NCBI GenBank assembly: GCA_965214465.1
Contig: CBDCBX010000021.1
Span: forward strand, 943,197-1,007,196
From: Acidobacteriota bacterium
GTDB lineage: Bacteria; Acidobacteriota; UBA6911; RPQK01; CBDAPI01
Direction: 5' to 3'
Length of the DNA: 64,000 nt
Part shown: positions 40,111 through 50,853 of the stretch, in pieces
Numbering within the stretch: position 1 is the stretch's first letter
Layout: each line of letters opens with the position of its first letter
The notes under the pieces: generated by a model
Told to the model about the DNA's origin: nothing
The model's input: only the letters and a program-made list of their open reading frames with translations
The model's database searches: none
Position numbers and translations under genes: made by a program

Positions 40111-41067
40111 TCAGACGCCCCCGGGTTGGGGCAGACGGGCCGCTCGAACCTGTTCGGGGACCGGCCGGAGGTCCCAGATCAGACCGAGCCAGCTCATGAC
40201 CTTGAGCAGGTAGAAGGTGATATCGACTTCCCACCAGAAGAACCCCTGGCGAACCGTGGCGGGATAGTGGTGGTGGTTGTTGTGCCAGCCCTCTCCCAGC
40301 GTCACAAGAGAGAGCAGAAAGCTGTTCCGGCTTTCGTCTCCGGTGTCGTACCGTTTTCTGCCCATGAGGTGGGCTAATGAGTTGATCGAGCAGCTGCCGT
40401 GGAAGAGCAGGATCGTGGACACGAAGAAGCCCCAGATCAGCATCTGCCAGCCGCTCGTCCCGGAGCCGGGAAAATAGAGGCTCAGGAACTTACCCAGGCC
40501 AAAGAGGCTGAAGGCCATGACGATCGGGACCAGCAGATCAAATCGATCCAGGAAACGAAGCTCCCGAAAGCGCATCAGGTCGGGTATCATGCTGACCCGG
40601 GTAGGGAAGTTCCTTTGATCGGTGATCCAGCCGATATGGCTCCAGAAGGGCCCGTGCTGGAGAGGCGAATGAGGATCTTCCGGTCCGTCCGAGTGCTTGT
40701 GGTGGACGCGATGATGGGCAGCCCACCAGAGCGGTCCCTTCTGCGTACAGGATAACCCGAGAAGAGCCAGAACGAACTGCATGAAGCGGCTCGTCTTAAA
40801 GGTCTTGTGCGAAAAGTAACGGTGATAAAAGCCAGTGATAAAAAACATCCGGACAAAGTAGAGAGAGATCGCCACCGCTACCGCCACCGGACTCCATCCC
40901 ACAAAGATAACTCCAAAGCAGACCAGGTGAAGGGCAATAAATGGAATGCTGCGGATCCAGTCGATCTGGTACGGCACTTCCTGAAAGGTAGGAGGATTGA
41001 GTTGTTCTGGCGCCCCGACACCGGATTCAAACCAGCGGCGGATCTCAGTAAGTATTGGCTTAGCCAT
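40111..41067 (-). CDS. Acyl-CoA (stearoyl-CoA) delta-9 fatty acid desaturase
   Basis: Three His boxes ([23 protein letters not shown]). Four TM helices. Confidence 0.85.
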   Translation of the reverse strand: MAKPILTEIRRWFESGVGAPEQLNPPTFQEVPYQIDWIRSIPFIALHLVCFGVIFVGWSPVAVAVAISLYFVRMFFITGFYHRYFSHKTFKTSRFMQFVLALLGLSCTQKGPLWWAAHHRVHHKHSDGPEDPHSPLQHGPFWSHIGWITDQRNFPTRVSMIPDLMRFRELRFLDRFDLLVPIVMAFSLFGLGKFLSLYFPGSGTSGWQMLIWGFFVSTILLFHGSCSINSLAHLMGRKRYDTGDESRNSFLLSLVTLGEGWHNNHHHYPATVRQGFFWWEVDITFYLLKVMSWLGLIWDLRPVPEQVRAARLPQPGGV

Positions 41068-41354
41068 AGGTTAAGAATCTACACCCTTCATCGGACAGGC
41101 TTTGGTTGATATTGCTTCTGCAAGATCAGCCGGAGAGCTCGAAATTAAGGAATCTCTATTCTAGCGGAAAACGTCTTCGATCTCATCTTTTCGACAGCAA
41201 AACGTTCCAAACCTTCCAAAGTTCCTGGACTCCAGGGTAGCAGGCCCCGGGGTCACTCGATGATTTCCTGGACTCACCCCAGGGTCCCCAATATCTGCAC
41301 AGAAGCGCTCCAAAGAAGTCCTCCATCTCCAACAGCCGCATTTTCAGATCTTAG

Positions 41355-43004
41355 CCCGGATTATGCATGAGATCTGAATCCGAGTGAGATTTGGGCCCAT
41401 AAAAAGAGCCGTAGCTCTCTGATATAAAAGGGTTTACACAAACAAGACCCTAACCAGGAGCTACGGCAATGTTAAGAGCAGTCTGCCAGAATACCCTGCC
41501 ATTTCACAGCCACAGAAAGATCACGGCGCGTTTTGATGGGGGGAGCCTCACTTCCGACGCAGGATGGTTGTTGTTTGGATCGGTGGATCGGCAACATCGG
41601 CTCTGCGAGGGCTTCAGTTCGTGTATTTCGGAGAGTCGAGACCAACGCTACATTCGTCATGATCTGTTGAAGTTGATCCGACAACGAGTCTTGCAGATCG
41701 TGGCCGGCTACGAAGACTGTAATGACGCCGATACGCTGCGCTCGGATCCGATGCTCAAAACCGTCTGTGATCAGTTGCCGGAGAGCGATCCGGATTTGGC
41801 CACGCAGCCGACTTTCTCCCGCTTGGAGAACTCCGTCACCAGGAAGGATCTGATGCGTTTGAGCCAGTGGCTGCTAGGCCGTTATGTGCGCTCCCTGAAG
41901 AAAAGACGTCCCGGTAAGATCATCCTGGATCTGGACAGTACCGACGACCACACCCACGGCCAGCAGGAGTTCTCCTTCTACCACGGGTATTACCGAAGCC
42001 ACATTCTGCATCCTTTGCTGATCTTCGATGCCGACACGGGAGACCTGGTGTGTGCCGTGTTGAGACCTGGCAACAAGGGAGCTGCCTCTCACATCGTGCC
42101 CATTCTGAAGCGAGTCGTGGAGGCTATCCGACAAGGAGTGGGGACGGATGTCGAGATTGAGATTCGGGCCGACAGCGGCTTTGCCACGCCGCGGCTCTAC
42201 GAGTTCTGTGAGGCTGAAGAGAATCAACTCCAGTATGTCATTGGGTTAAGTCGAAACCCTCGCCTGCAGCGAGTGGTCGAGCCCCTGCTGGATTCGACTC
42301 GGGAAAGGTTCCTTGAGCTGGAGGAAAAACAGCGTCAGTTTGACGAGTTTCTTTATCGAGCCAACAGCTGGGATCGATCTCGTCGCGTCATCGTCAAAGT
42401 GGAGGTCGATCAGCGCGGGATCAATCGTCGCTTTGTGGTCACCAACCGGGACGATCTCTGCTCCCAATCACTTTATGACCACTACACAAACCGAGGACAG
42501 ACCGAAAACTTCATCAAGGCCTTCAAGAATCATCTGAGCATGGACCGACTCAGCTGTCATCGATTCCTGGCCAATCAGTTTCGACTCCTTCTGCATGCCC
42601 TGGCTTACCAGATGTTCGTGCGCCTGCGCGACTATCTGCACGGGACCCCCTGGCACAAGCTCGAAATCGAAACCTTACGTCGTCGTGTCCTCAAGATCGG
42701 GGCCCGGATCCGACAAACCACTCGACGCATCTGGGTCCATCTTTCCTCAGCCTTTCCCGAACAACCCCTCTTCCACCTCGTCTTGAGTCGTCTCAACTCC
42801 AGCTAGCCTCTCCCAGCTCCCCGAAAAACCGCTTCCGATACTCACCCAGGCCCAGATCTGTCTGAAATTCACTCCCCAACCACTTCAAACGCCTCGCCAA
42901 CCGATATTCTTCGCAAATCCGCCTGTCACACCTGTCCGCTTTCGAGTTGAGCCACTTCTCGAGTCGTTTTTCAACTCCGGACTACGGTTCTTGCATAATC
43001 CGGG
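41355..43004 (+). mobile_element. IS element copy 2 (1650 bp)
   Basis: Same terminal inverted repeats. 4-bp direct repeat TTAG at 41351-41354 and 43005-43008. Intergenic insertion. Confidence 0.85.
41469..42806 (+). CDS. DDE transposase, intact (copy 2)
   Basis: Protein 445 aa, differing by one residue from copy 1. Confidence 0.85.
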   Translation: MLRAVCQNTLPFHSHRKITARFDGGSLTSDAGWLLFGSVDRQHRLCEGFSSCISESRDQRYIRHDLLKLIRQRVLQIVAGYEDCNDADTLRSDPMLKTVCDQLPESDPDLATQPTFSRLENSVTRKDLMRLSQWLLGRYVRSLKKRRPGKIILDLDSTDDHTHGQQEFSFYHGYYRSHILHPLLIFDADTGDLVCAVLRPGNKGAASHIVPILKRVVEAIRQGVGTDVEIEIRADSGFATPRLYEFCEAEENQLQYVIGLSRNPRLQRVVEPLLDSTRERFLELEEKQRQFDEFLYRANSWDRSRRVIVKVEVDQRGINRRFVVTNRDDLCSQSLYDHYTNRGQTENFIKAFKNHLSMDRLSCHRFLANQFRLLLHALAYQMFVRLRDYLHGTPWHKLEIETLRRRVLKIGARIRQTTRRIWVHLSSAFPEQPLFHLVLSRLNSS

Positions 43005-43185
43005 TTAGGAGAGGCGTCACAAACCCGGATCGGAAATACTTCAACCGACACAGTTGTCACGATTCGGCAAGGCGGGAAACGCACCATCCGGTAGTACTCG
43101 TCACTGATCCGGAGTCAGCAATCTTCTAACCTCCAAACAAGAGGGGTGGAGCACTTATTGCCGCCTCTTCCAAGGAGGGTTGTAT

Positions 43186-44499
43186 ATGGTTAAGGTGCGT
43201 GTTGTCGACGAGCGTGGAACCGTGGCGGTGACGACGGCTATCTTGTTGGTTTCGCTTCTGTGCTTCGGGGCTCTGGCTCTTGATATCAGTTCTCTTTTCG
43301 TGGTCCGGAACGAGTTGCAGAATGCCGCTGACGCCGGTGCCCTGGCAGCCACGCGACGGCTGTATGTCGCCAGCGGGGATGCGGTTAACCCGGGGGCCAA
43401 TGCTGTGGGGGTCGCCGCAGCCCAGGCAAACAGTGCCCAGAACATTCAAGTAGAAGTCACTGGAGATCCGGGTGCCAACAGCGGGGACGTGGAACGGGGC
43501 CACTGGAGATGGTCCGATCACTCCTTCACGCCCAACAGCAGCCTCCTGGCCACCACGCTCAATGAAGTGACGAATGCGGAACTCGACGCGGACGTGAGTT
43601 TCATCAATGCGGTTCGGGTCAAAGTGCGCAGAGAGACGACGCCGGCGAATTCCTATCTTTCCAAGGTCATGGGCTTCGTTGACTTCCCCATGCAGGCCGA
43701 GGCGATCGCCTACATCGGTTTCGCGGGGACCTTTCTTCCAGGTGAGGCAGCTGAGCCCATCGCCATCTGCCACGAGGCTCTTCTCAACGCCCAGGGCGAG
43801 TACTCCTGCAGCACCGGGCGGATGATCAACAGTGGGGGAGGCGACACCCATAACACCGCTGGATGGACCAACTTCACTCAAGCTCCCTGTGCAACAGCAA
43901 GCTCTTCGTCAGTAACCCCCTATGTCGGTTGTAACGCAATCCCCTCTCCCGAGATCACGCTTCAGGTTGCTATGGGGACGACTGGAGGACAGCTTCAGAA
44001 TGTCTTCGACGGTTTGGAAGCCTGCTGGCTGACGAGCGCAGATTCGGACGCCGATGGCCGCCCCGATACCGTCTACAACATGACGCTTCCGGTCATCAAC
44101 TGTCCGGCCAATAATGTCGCCAACTGCTCAACCCTGGTGGGTGCAGTCAACGTGAACATGTTGTGGATGGTCCGGCAAGCCCAGGCGAATTACAACTGGG
44201 TCCCAACCGAGATGAGAGGACCTGCTCCGTTCCCGGACTGGGTCTGTCCCGACTCCATTACCGGCGGCCTGGCATTCGGTGATCTCAGCACCAACCAGAA
44301 GGAGGCCTGCTGGGGTGACTTCGTCGATCACTTCAGTCTGGTCAACTACGAGGGGACCAGCGTCAAGGACCTGACTCCGCTCTCGTCACTGAACAAGACG
44401 CTGTACTTTCTCCCGGATTGCGCAACCCACGTCCCGATCGGAGTGACTGCGGGACCCAACCTGGGGGTCCTCGCCAAGATTCCGGTACTCGTGCAATAG
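43186..44499 (+). CDS. TadE/TadG-like pilus assembly protein
   Basis: AAGGAGG SD 7 nt upstream. N-terminal TM plus the Tad-like motif (TVAVTTAILLVSLLCFGALALDISSLFVVRNELQNAADAGALAA). Large extracytoplasmic domain. Confidence 0.5.
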   Translation: MVKVRVVDERGTVAVTTAILLVSLLCFGALALDISSLFVVRNELQNAADAGALAATRRLYVASGDAVNPGANAVGVAAAQANSAQNIQVEVTGDPGANSGDVERGHWRWSDHSFTPNSSLLATTLNEVTNAELDADVSFINAVRVKVRRETTPANSYLSKVMGFVDFPMQAEAIAYIGFAGTFLPGEAAEPIAICHEALLNAQGEYSCSTGRMINSGGGDTHNTAGWTNFTQAPCATASSSSVTPYVGCNAIPSPEITLQVAMGTTGGQLQNVFDGLEACWLTSADSDADGRPDTVYNMTLPVINCPANNVANCSTLVGAVNVNMLWMVRQAQANYNWVPTEMRGPAPFPDWVCPDSITGGLAFGDLSTNQKEACWGDFVDHFSLVNYEGTSVKDLTPLSSLNKTLYFLPDCATHVPIGVTAGPNLGVLAKIPVLVQ

Positions 44500-44537
44500 A
44501 CCGGGGTCCGGACAAGAAAAAGTGAGTAGTACTGCCG

Positions 44538-44765
44538 TTAGTCACAGCACTTCTCGACCGGCTTCCCTTTCCCGTCGCCGTCAGGCGCCAGGGCCACGAT
44601 CATCCGGGAATAAACTGAAGTGACGGATTCGCTGAGCTCCAGGCCAAAAGCGGCGACCGAGATCGCGACCAGAACCAGCATGACCGCATACTCGACCGTA
44701 GTGACGCCGGATTGGAGACCACACCTTTTAGCGAATGCTCTAAGGAAACCCCTTCTCAACTTCAC
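44538..44765 (-). CDS. flp: Flp/Fap-family type IVb pilin
   Basis: 75 aa. Flp signature GVTTVEYAVMLVLVAI after a basic leader. Confidence 0.6.
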   Translation of the reverse strand: MKLRRGFLRAFAKRCGLQSGVTTVEYAVMLVLVAISVAAFGLELSESVTSVYSRMIVALAPDGDGKGKPVEKCCD

Positions 44766-45077
44766 CGCTCCGCCCTCCGAATTTGAGAAAATAACTGCTC
44801 AAAGATCTTAGACGAGGCCATCCGAATCACCAAGCAGAATCGCTCTGCGCGCTGTCTCATGGCCGGCTGGCAAGCATACAGGGCGGGGAGTAAATGTCCG
44901 GGCTACAGGGCAGGCAGCTTCACCGTCGGCGCACCAGCCGACCTGATTGGGTGTTGGGCCGGATTTGGGCCAGATTGGACATGATCTGAACCAATCTGAG
45001 AGATTTGAGACAAATGAGAGGGTGCCTGAAGATTGCCGTAAATCTCCTGAAATCAGCCAATTGAAGGGAAATCAGTC

Positions 45078-45153
45078 TGGTAGCCCCAAGGGGATTCGAA
45101 CCCCTGTTTCCGGCGTGAGAGGCCAGCGTCCTAGTCCCCTAGACGATGGGGCC
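45078..45153 (-). tRNA. tRNA-Glu (anticodon CUC), CCA encoded
   Basis: Minus-strand sequence GGCCCCATCGTCTAGGGGACTAGGACGCTGGCCTCTCACGCCGGAAACAGGGGTTCGAATCCCCTTGGGGCTACCA. Cloverleaf present with T-loop TTCGAAT and anticodon loop CTCTCAC. Close to the canonical bacterial tRNA-Glu. Confidence 0.8.
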
Positions 45154-45250
45154 ACCTGTAGAGTCCGGCGGCTTATTCAACCGGATTCCCCGAGTACTTG
45201 TCAAGGCTTGAGGGGTTCCAGATCCAAACCTGAACGGCTCAGTCCCCGGC

Positions 45251-46234
45251 TCAAGTTGATCGAGAATGATCGAACAAGACTGTAGTCCCCTGCTCCTCGA
45301 AACGGAAGGGTAGCTGTTTGAGTTCGCTGAGGGCCTCGCGCACCCTACCCTGAAATTCGGGATTGCAGTAAAGAAGCAAGAAACCTCCTCCTCCGGCTCC
45401 GGTGATTTTCCCTCCCAGAGCTCCGGCGTCCAGCGCTCGAGAGTAGAACGAGTCGATTCCTCCGCTGCTGATGCCCGCAGCAAGCCCCTTCTTGAACTGC
45501 CAGCTCTGGTGCAGCAGAGACCCGAAACTGTCCAGTGCCCCTTTCTGAAGAGCCTCAATCCCCTCATCCACCAGGTCTCTCATTCTGGTCAGTACGCTGA
45601 AGTTCGTCTCTATCCGGCTCTCCTGCTCGCTTAACACTCTCTCCGCCCTGCGGGTCTGGTTGGTGTAAAAGAGCATCAGACGGTCTTCCAGCTGCTTCTG
45701 GTATTCAGCCTTCAGGTTGAGAGGGCAGCTTCGGATTTTGCCGTCGGGCTCAAACGAGAGCCGCTGGAATCCACCCAGGGACACAATGTACTGGTCCTGT
45801 ACTCCGATCGGCTTGGACAGAACATCGATCTCGATTTCACAGGCTTCTTCTGCCAGCTGCACCTGAGAACGCTGCCTTCCTGAGTAGCTGTACATGGCAT
45901 TGAGCAGACCCACAGTCACAGTGCTCGAAGACCCCAGCCCTGAGCCCTCAGAAGGGATATCCCCCATGGTTGAAATCTCGACTCCCTGCAGGATTTCTGT
46001 CCTGCGCAGGCATTCTCTGACAAGTTCATGCTCGAGTTCGTCCACTGACTCCACGAGTTCCGTGCGGGTGTACCCCACCCGTATGCGATCGTCGAATCTC
46101 TTCTTGATGATGACAAAAATGTACTTGTTGACGGCAGAGGAGAGAACGGCTCCGCCCTCCCTTCGATAGAAGTCCCGGAAGTCGGTGCCGTCCCCGAGAA
46201 AGCTGATGCGGAGAGGAGTCCGGGTGATCAGCAT
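45251..46234 (-). CDS. GHMP-family sugar kinase (D-glycero-D-manno-heptose-7-phosphate kinase-like)
   Basis: [13 protein letters not shown]-terminal motif. GHMP ATP-binding motif [11 protein letters not shown]. Confidence 0.75.
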   Translation of the reverse strand: MLITRTPLRISFLGDGTDFRDFYRREGGAVLSSAVNKYIFVIIKKRFDDRIRVGYTRTELVESVDELEHELVRECLRRTEILQGVEISTMGDIPSEGSGLGSSSTVTVGLLNAMYSYSGRQRSQVQLAEEACEIEIDVLSKPIGVQDQYIVSLGGFQRLSFEPDGKIRSCPLNLKAEYQKQLEDRLMLFYTNQTRRAERVLSEQESRIETNFSVLTRMRDLVDEGIEALQKGALDSFGSLLHQSWQFKKGLAAGISSGGIDSFYSRALDAGALGGKITGAGGGGFLLLYCNPEFQGRVREALSELKQLPFRFEEQGTTVLFDHSRST

Positions 46235-46249
46235 CCAGGAAAAGCCTGT

Positions 46250-47830
46250 TCAGGCGGAATCTGCCGTAGAGGAGTAGTCATAGTAGTGGGACGACAGACC
46301 CGTCTCATGCCGGTTCAGGATGATTCCCAGAAAGTGGGCATCCGCTTTGGCCAGAGCCTCTTTGCTGCTTTTCGCCGATCTCCTTTGAGTGGAACCGGAA
46401 TCGACGATGAGAAGCACGTTCTTGCTCAGCGACGCTAAAAGTGGGGCATCGGCGAGAGCTAAGACGGGTGGACTGTCAATCAGAATGGTGTCCGCCAGTT
46501 CCTGCAACTGTCCGACTCGCTCCCTCATCAACTCTGACTCGAGAAGCTCCACCGGGTTCGGAGGGGCAGGCCCGGAGGGTAACAACGAAAGCCGATCTAT
46601 GGCGGTTGGAACAATCACGTCCGCGACCTTGAGGCTGGCATCGACAAGCAGGGTTGAAAGTCCCGGCGATGAGGCAAAACCCAGCGCTGTAGTGAGCCCG
46701 AACCTCCTCAAATCTGCATCGACCAGCAGCACATGTTTGCCGCTTCTGGCGATGGCCATGCCCAGATTGGACACGCTGACCGTCTTTCCTTCCGAAGGAC
46801 CCGCGCTGGTCAACAGGATCATGTTGGAACGCTCAGTAAAGCGGGTGAAGGCCAGATTGGCTCGGAGCAGATTGAACTCCTCTCCGGCTCGCCCGTCCGA
46901 GCCGGCCTCCAGGAATGATCCCCCAGCCTCTGAAGACTGTCTCGGGATGGTCGAGATTGTGGCCATCAAGGGGAGTTCCAGGTCTTCTTCGACTTCTTCC
47001 GCGCTGCGGTAACGGTCGTCGAGCAGGTCAAACAGGAAAACACCCAGCAATGTCAGGAGAGCACCGCCCAGTCCCGAAAGCGCAAGATTAAGCCAGAGTT
47101 TCGGAGAACTGGGACGGGTGGGTGTGAAAGCCGATTCGACCACGGACAGGTAGTTGGTCTGTTCCCGATCTCCCTGTAGTTTGAAGAGAGCCACATATTC
47201 CTGCCGCAACCCGCTCAACTTGACCTTTAGGGAAGCGATCCCATCGTCCAGCTTACGAATCTGCTGAGCTGTAGGAGCCTTGGTCCTTCCCTCTTCGAGG
47301 GCCCCCAGCTGATCCTGAAGGCTGCCGATCTGGGTTCGAAGCCGGGCCAGTTGATCATTCAGAAACAAGCTGTGATCTTCGTCGTCGATGCTCCCGCCAG
47401 TGGGGCTCTGACGGATCAACTGGGAGGCGATTTCGTCTGCAATCCTGCGAGCTTGCTCAGGATCGGAATCCGATACCGTGATGTCGAGCAACTGGGTGCG
47501 CGCTCGTGGTGCGGCGCTCACCCGGATTGCCAGATCTCGCCAACCCGTCGGCAATCCAAGTTCTGTCACTGTTGCCTGCAGGACCACCTCACGGGCGACC
47601 AGGTGCGCATAGGTCTCCGCCAGCCGCTCTCCTGCCATCATGTCCTGGGCTGTCGGTCGTTCCCTGTCCAGAAACTGACCGACCATCAGAGTGGTTGTGC
47701 TCTTGTAAATCGCCGTCATGCTTCTGGTGACCAGAAAACCTGTCGCCAGCGACAGAGCCATAGCTGCCAGAATTCCCCAGCGCCACCACCAGGCAGTTTT
47801 CAGCACCTGTCGAAACTCTAAGGTCTCCAC
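46250..47830 (-). CDS. Polysaccharide co-polymerase / bacterial tyrosine autokinase (Wzc/EpsB-like)
   Basis: N-terminal TM. Periplasmic coiled-coil (Wzz-like). Second TM. Walker A (LLTSAGPSEGKTVSVSNLG). C-terminal Tyr cluster (SHYYDYSST). Confidence 0.8.
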   Translation of the reverse strand: METLEFRQVLKTAWWWRWGILAAMALSLATGFLVTRSMTAIYKSTTTLMVGQFLDRERPTAQDMMAGERLAETYAHLVAREVVLQATVTELGLPTGWRDLAIRVSAAPRARTQLLDITVSDSDPEQARRIADEIASQLIRQSPTGGSIDDEDHSLFLNDQLARLRTQIGSLQDQLGALEEGRTKAPTAQQIRKLDDGIASLKVKLSGLRQEYVALFKLQGDREQTNYLSVVESAFTPTRPSSPKLWLNLALSGLGGALLTLLGVFLFDLLDDRYRSAEEVEEDLELPLMATISTIPRQSSEAGGSFLEAGSDGRAGEEFNLLRANLAFTRFTERSNMILLTSAGPSEGKTVSVSNLGMAIARSGKHVLLVDADLRRFGLTTALGFASSPGLSTLLVDASLKVADVIVPTAIDRLSLLPSGPAPPNPVELLESELMRERVGQLQELADTILIDSPPVLALADAPLLASLSKNVLLIVDSGSTQRRSAKSSKEALAKADAHFLGIILNRHETGLSSHYYDYSSTADSA

Positions 47831-47860
47831 TTCAACTCAGTCCCGTACATCTGGTACTCA

Positions 47861-49515
47861 CTAAAGAGCGCCCTTTCCCTTCAGAACCGTCGGAATCGTC
47901 TGCACCAGGAGAATCTGCAAATCCTTCCAGATCGAGTAGTTTCTAATATAGGCCATGTCGAGTCTCACGCGATGAGCATAATCCAGGTCGGAGCGCCCGG
48001 AAACCTGCCAGAGACCGGTCATACCCGGCTTGACCGTTAAGAGGTTCGGCCCGAACGGGCCAAAGTGCGACAGTTCTTCAGGAGTGATGAACCTGGGTCC
48101 GACGAGACTCATCTGGCCTGCAACCACGTTCAGCAACTGGGGCAGCTCGTCCAGACTGTATTTTCTCAGGAACTGCCCAAGGGACGTCACTCGTGGATCT
48201 CCTCTGATCTTCCCACGCAGCTCCCATTCGCGGAGCAGTTCGGGATGATCTTCAAGCAACTCGGCACTGTTTGAGACCATGGTTCTAAACTTCAAAGCCC
48301 CGAACTGGCGACCTCCCGTTCCGAGAACCTTCCTACGGTGGAGCACCGGGCCGGGCGAGGTCCACTTGACCAGTCCGGCGAGCAACAGAAACAGCGGCGA
48401 CAACAGGATCAGGCCAAGACCTGCGCCGGTGTAGTCCATGAGTCCCTTCAGAGCCCGCTGAAGCGGATTCAGTCGTAGCCCGGGAAGGCTGGTCAGCGCC
48501 TCGCTGAGTCGGCAGCTGACCCCAATCACCTCCCGCTTGCCCCAGCAGTTGACTCCGGTCGCTTTCAAGACGGCCACATCCTGAATGCTGCCCTGGCGAC
48601 GGACCTTCTCGTAGTGGGCATCCAGGTACACAACTGGATAGCTGCCCAAAGGGCGGTTGCACCGAACCCACCGTTCGAACCTGCAGCCCCGTAGCCAGGA
48701 TCTCGTACAACCCGGTGGACACCCGAACCCGCACTTTCGGGACTTCGGCCGTCCGCTGCATGATCTCCAGCAACTGTTCTCTGGAGACCGCCCTCATATC
48801 GACGATCAGTTCATCCAGGTTGCCGGTCCTCAACAACCTCGGGCAGAGCCGAGAGATTGCCCAGACGAGGAACCTTTGTAAATGAAGCAGCCGACTCTTC
48901 AGAGTCTGACAGGAAGCCCAGAACGAACAGGCCCGAGCTTCGTTGATCGGACAGATCCTCAACCAGCGAGACCTCCAGTTCGTGGCCGGAGACAATGACG
49001 GTCCGCGCCAGTAGATACCCCCGAGTGCGCAGGAAATAGGCACCGCGCCTGATCAGGAAGCGGCTGGCTGCCACCAGCAGCATGGCCAGAATCCAGCTGT
49101 AGATGACCCACCCTCGAGCGACTACAATCAGCGGGATGAAGAGGAACGTCCCCAGGACCACCAGTGCCATTCCCAGGGTGCTGGCCTGGGCCAGCCTGGC
49201 GTATTCCCGCGTGCCTCCCAGCAGGTGCCCTCTTTCGTAGGCCCCGAGCAAGTAGAACAAGGCGATCCACACAGGCACGAATACAAGTCCCAGCTTCACG
49301 TACAGGGAAGGCGTCGGCAGGGCCTCCGGCGAGACAGAAAGCAGAAGCGTAAACCTGAGCCAGTAGCCAATACCGAAGGACAGTGTCAAAGCCACGGTGT
49401 CAGCGACCGCCAGCAGAAAACGGAACCATCTAAACTGCCGTGCAAGCGGCATGATCGATTGGACCTCTAGCACGACTGAGGCTGCTGGAGCGGCGCTCTC
49501 TACCACACGATTCAT
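47861..49515 (-). pseudogene. WbaP-like initiating polyprenyl-phosphate sugar phosphotransferase, split over three ORFs by two frameshifts
   Basis: Three minus-strand ORFs together make a WbaP-like gene. ORF 49863-48811 carries the N-terminal TM bundle, ORF 49043-48333 the middle part (ELIVDMRAV...[21 protein letters not shown]), and ORF 48649-47861 the C-terminal catalytic domain ([12 protein letters not shown]). They are collinear with WbaP, with frame changes near 48800-48830 and 48650-48700. The start at 49515 overlaps the upstream stop (ATGA). Confidence 0.65.
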
Positions 49516-50849
49516 GAACCGTTCTCCGGAAGGGATACCGCCCCGGCCCAGACCAGAAGTCGAAAAAGCCCAAGGCCCGAAAACAGGAGCAGCACCGCGT
49601 CCACAGGTATTCGATAACGAATCAGCGACCAGGAAGCAAGATGGATGCTGGAATAGGTCAGACAGACAAGCAGCAAGAGCAGGATGGATCGCCCGGTTGG
49701 AGAATCTCTCAGCCCAAACCCGCTGATCGCCGTCCAGATTCCAAGAAGAATCAGGGGCAGGCAGAGTCCAAAAGACCCAACTCGAACCAGGTTGCTGATC
49801 GGAGAAGACTCCCTGGAGGGCCAGAACTTGAAGTAGTCCTTGAGACGGCTGACCGAAAGCCACAGGAATCTAACCGGGTCGTCCCGTACGAATCCGAGCC
49901 CGTCATTCAACAGGCGACTGTTCAGCTCAGCCTCGCCCAGGGCCCTGAGGTCCTTCGGAATCAATTCAAGATAAGCTCTGGGCCCTTCCTCCAGAATCGA
50001 CCTAAAGGACGTTCCCTGAGAAGGATGGTTGGCCCAGTAGAAGGCGAACCCGGCGTTGGTGTTGAGCAGGACGAAGCTGCCGAAAGCGCGATAGTTTCTC
50101 AATGTGAAGGGCAGGACCGCGAGAAGAAGAACCAATAGAGCGATCGCCCAGCCTCGCGCCAGCCCACTCAGCCCTGATCCACGGAGCCCTCTCGAAGAAG
50201 ATCCCCTCCATCGCTCCCAGAAACTCCAGGCGACCAGCACCGGGATCAACAGAAATGTAACCTGTCGAGTCGTGGTCGCAATCACAAGCGCGCAGCCCAG
50301 GCCGACCCAGGTCCGAGTCTGTCTCCCTCCGTGGCCAGAGTCTGTGCGTCCCGCCAGGGAGCCAGTCAGAAGATCGCAGACCCAGAGTAAGCCCAGGATA
50401 TGAAAGGTCTCGCTCATCAAAGCCCCGGCGTAGTAGACGAAGTACCCGTAGAGGGCGCTGATCAGGGCCGCTGCCAGGGCCGCCTTCTCACCGAAGAGTC
50501 GCTTTGAGATCCTCCAGGTCAGCCAGGGCTGAATCAGTCCTGCGATCATGGCCTGGATCACCCTGGCCACAATCGGTTGAAAGCCGAAGGCTGTGTAGAT
50601 GAACGTCAGGTACAAGACCTGCAGATAGCTCCAGTGAGCGGTGGGCTCTCCGGCCTGCGTGGCCGGCCACCACCCCTCCTCAAAGCTGAACCCATGACCC
50701 TCGACGACCCTCCTGGCCAGAGCGTCGTAGCTGATCTGATCGTGGGCTCCGGGGGTCGGGACCACCTCGTTCCCCTGATAAAGCGCGGAAGCGAGACGCA
50801 GGACCACTGACAGCGTCATGATCCAAATGAGAGGCGATCCGCGCTTCAA
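49512..50849 (-). CDS. ArnT/PMT-like (GT83/GT39-type) membrane glycosyltransferase
   Basis: About 12 TM helices. The N-terminal loop carries acidic residues, as in lipid-linked sugar transferases. 445 aa. Confidence 0.6.
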   Translation of the reverse strand: MKRGSPLIWIMTLSVVLRLASALYQGNEVVPTPGAHDQISYDALARRVVEGHGFSFEEGWWPATQAGEPTAHWSYLQVLYLTFIYTAFGFQPIVARVIQAMIAGLIQPWLTWRISKRLFGEKAALAAALISALYGYFVYYAGALMSETFHILGLLWVCDLLTGSLAGRTDSGHGGRQTRTWVGLGCALVIATTTRQVTFLLIPVLVAWSFWERWRGSSSRGLRGSGLSGLARGWAIALLVLLLAVLPFTLRNYRAFGSFVLLNTNAGFAFYWANHPSQGTSFRSILEEGPRAYLELIPKDLRALGEAELNSRLLNDGLGFVRDDPVRFLWLSVSRLKDYFKFWPSRESSPISNLVRVGSFGLCLPLILLGIWTAISGFGLRDSPTGRSILLLLLVCLTYSSIHLASWSLIRYRIPVDAVLLLFSGLGLFRLLVWAGAVSLPENGS

Positions 50850-50853
50850 AGAG

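Noticed and set aside
43005-43180. Possible small ORF or promoter between IS copy 2 and the TadG-like gene
   Set aside because: Only a strong SD (AAGGAGG) before the TadG-like ATG is evident. There is no convincing -35/-10 pair or conserved ORF.
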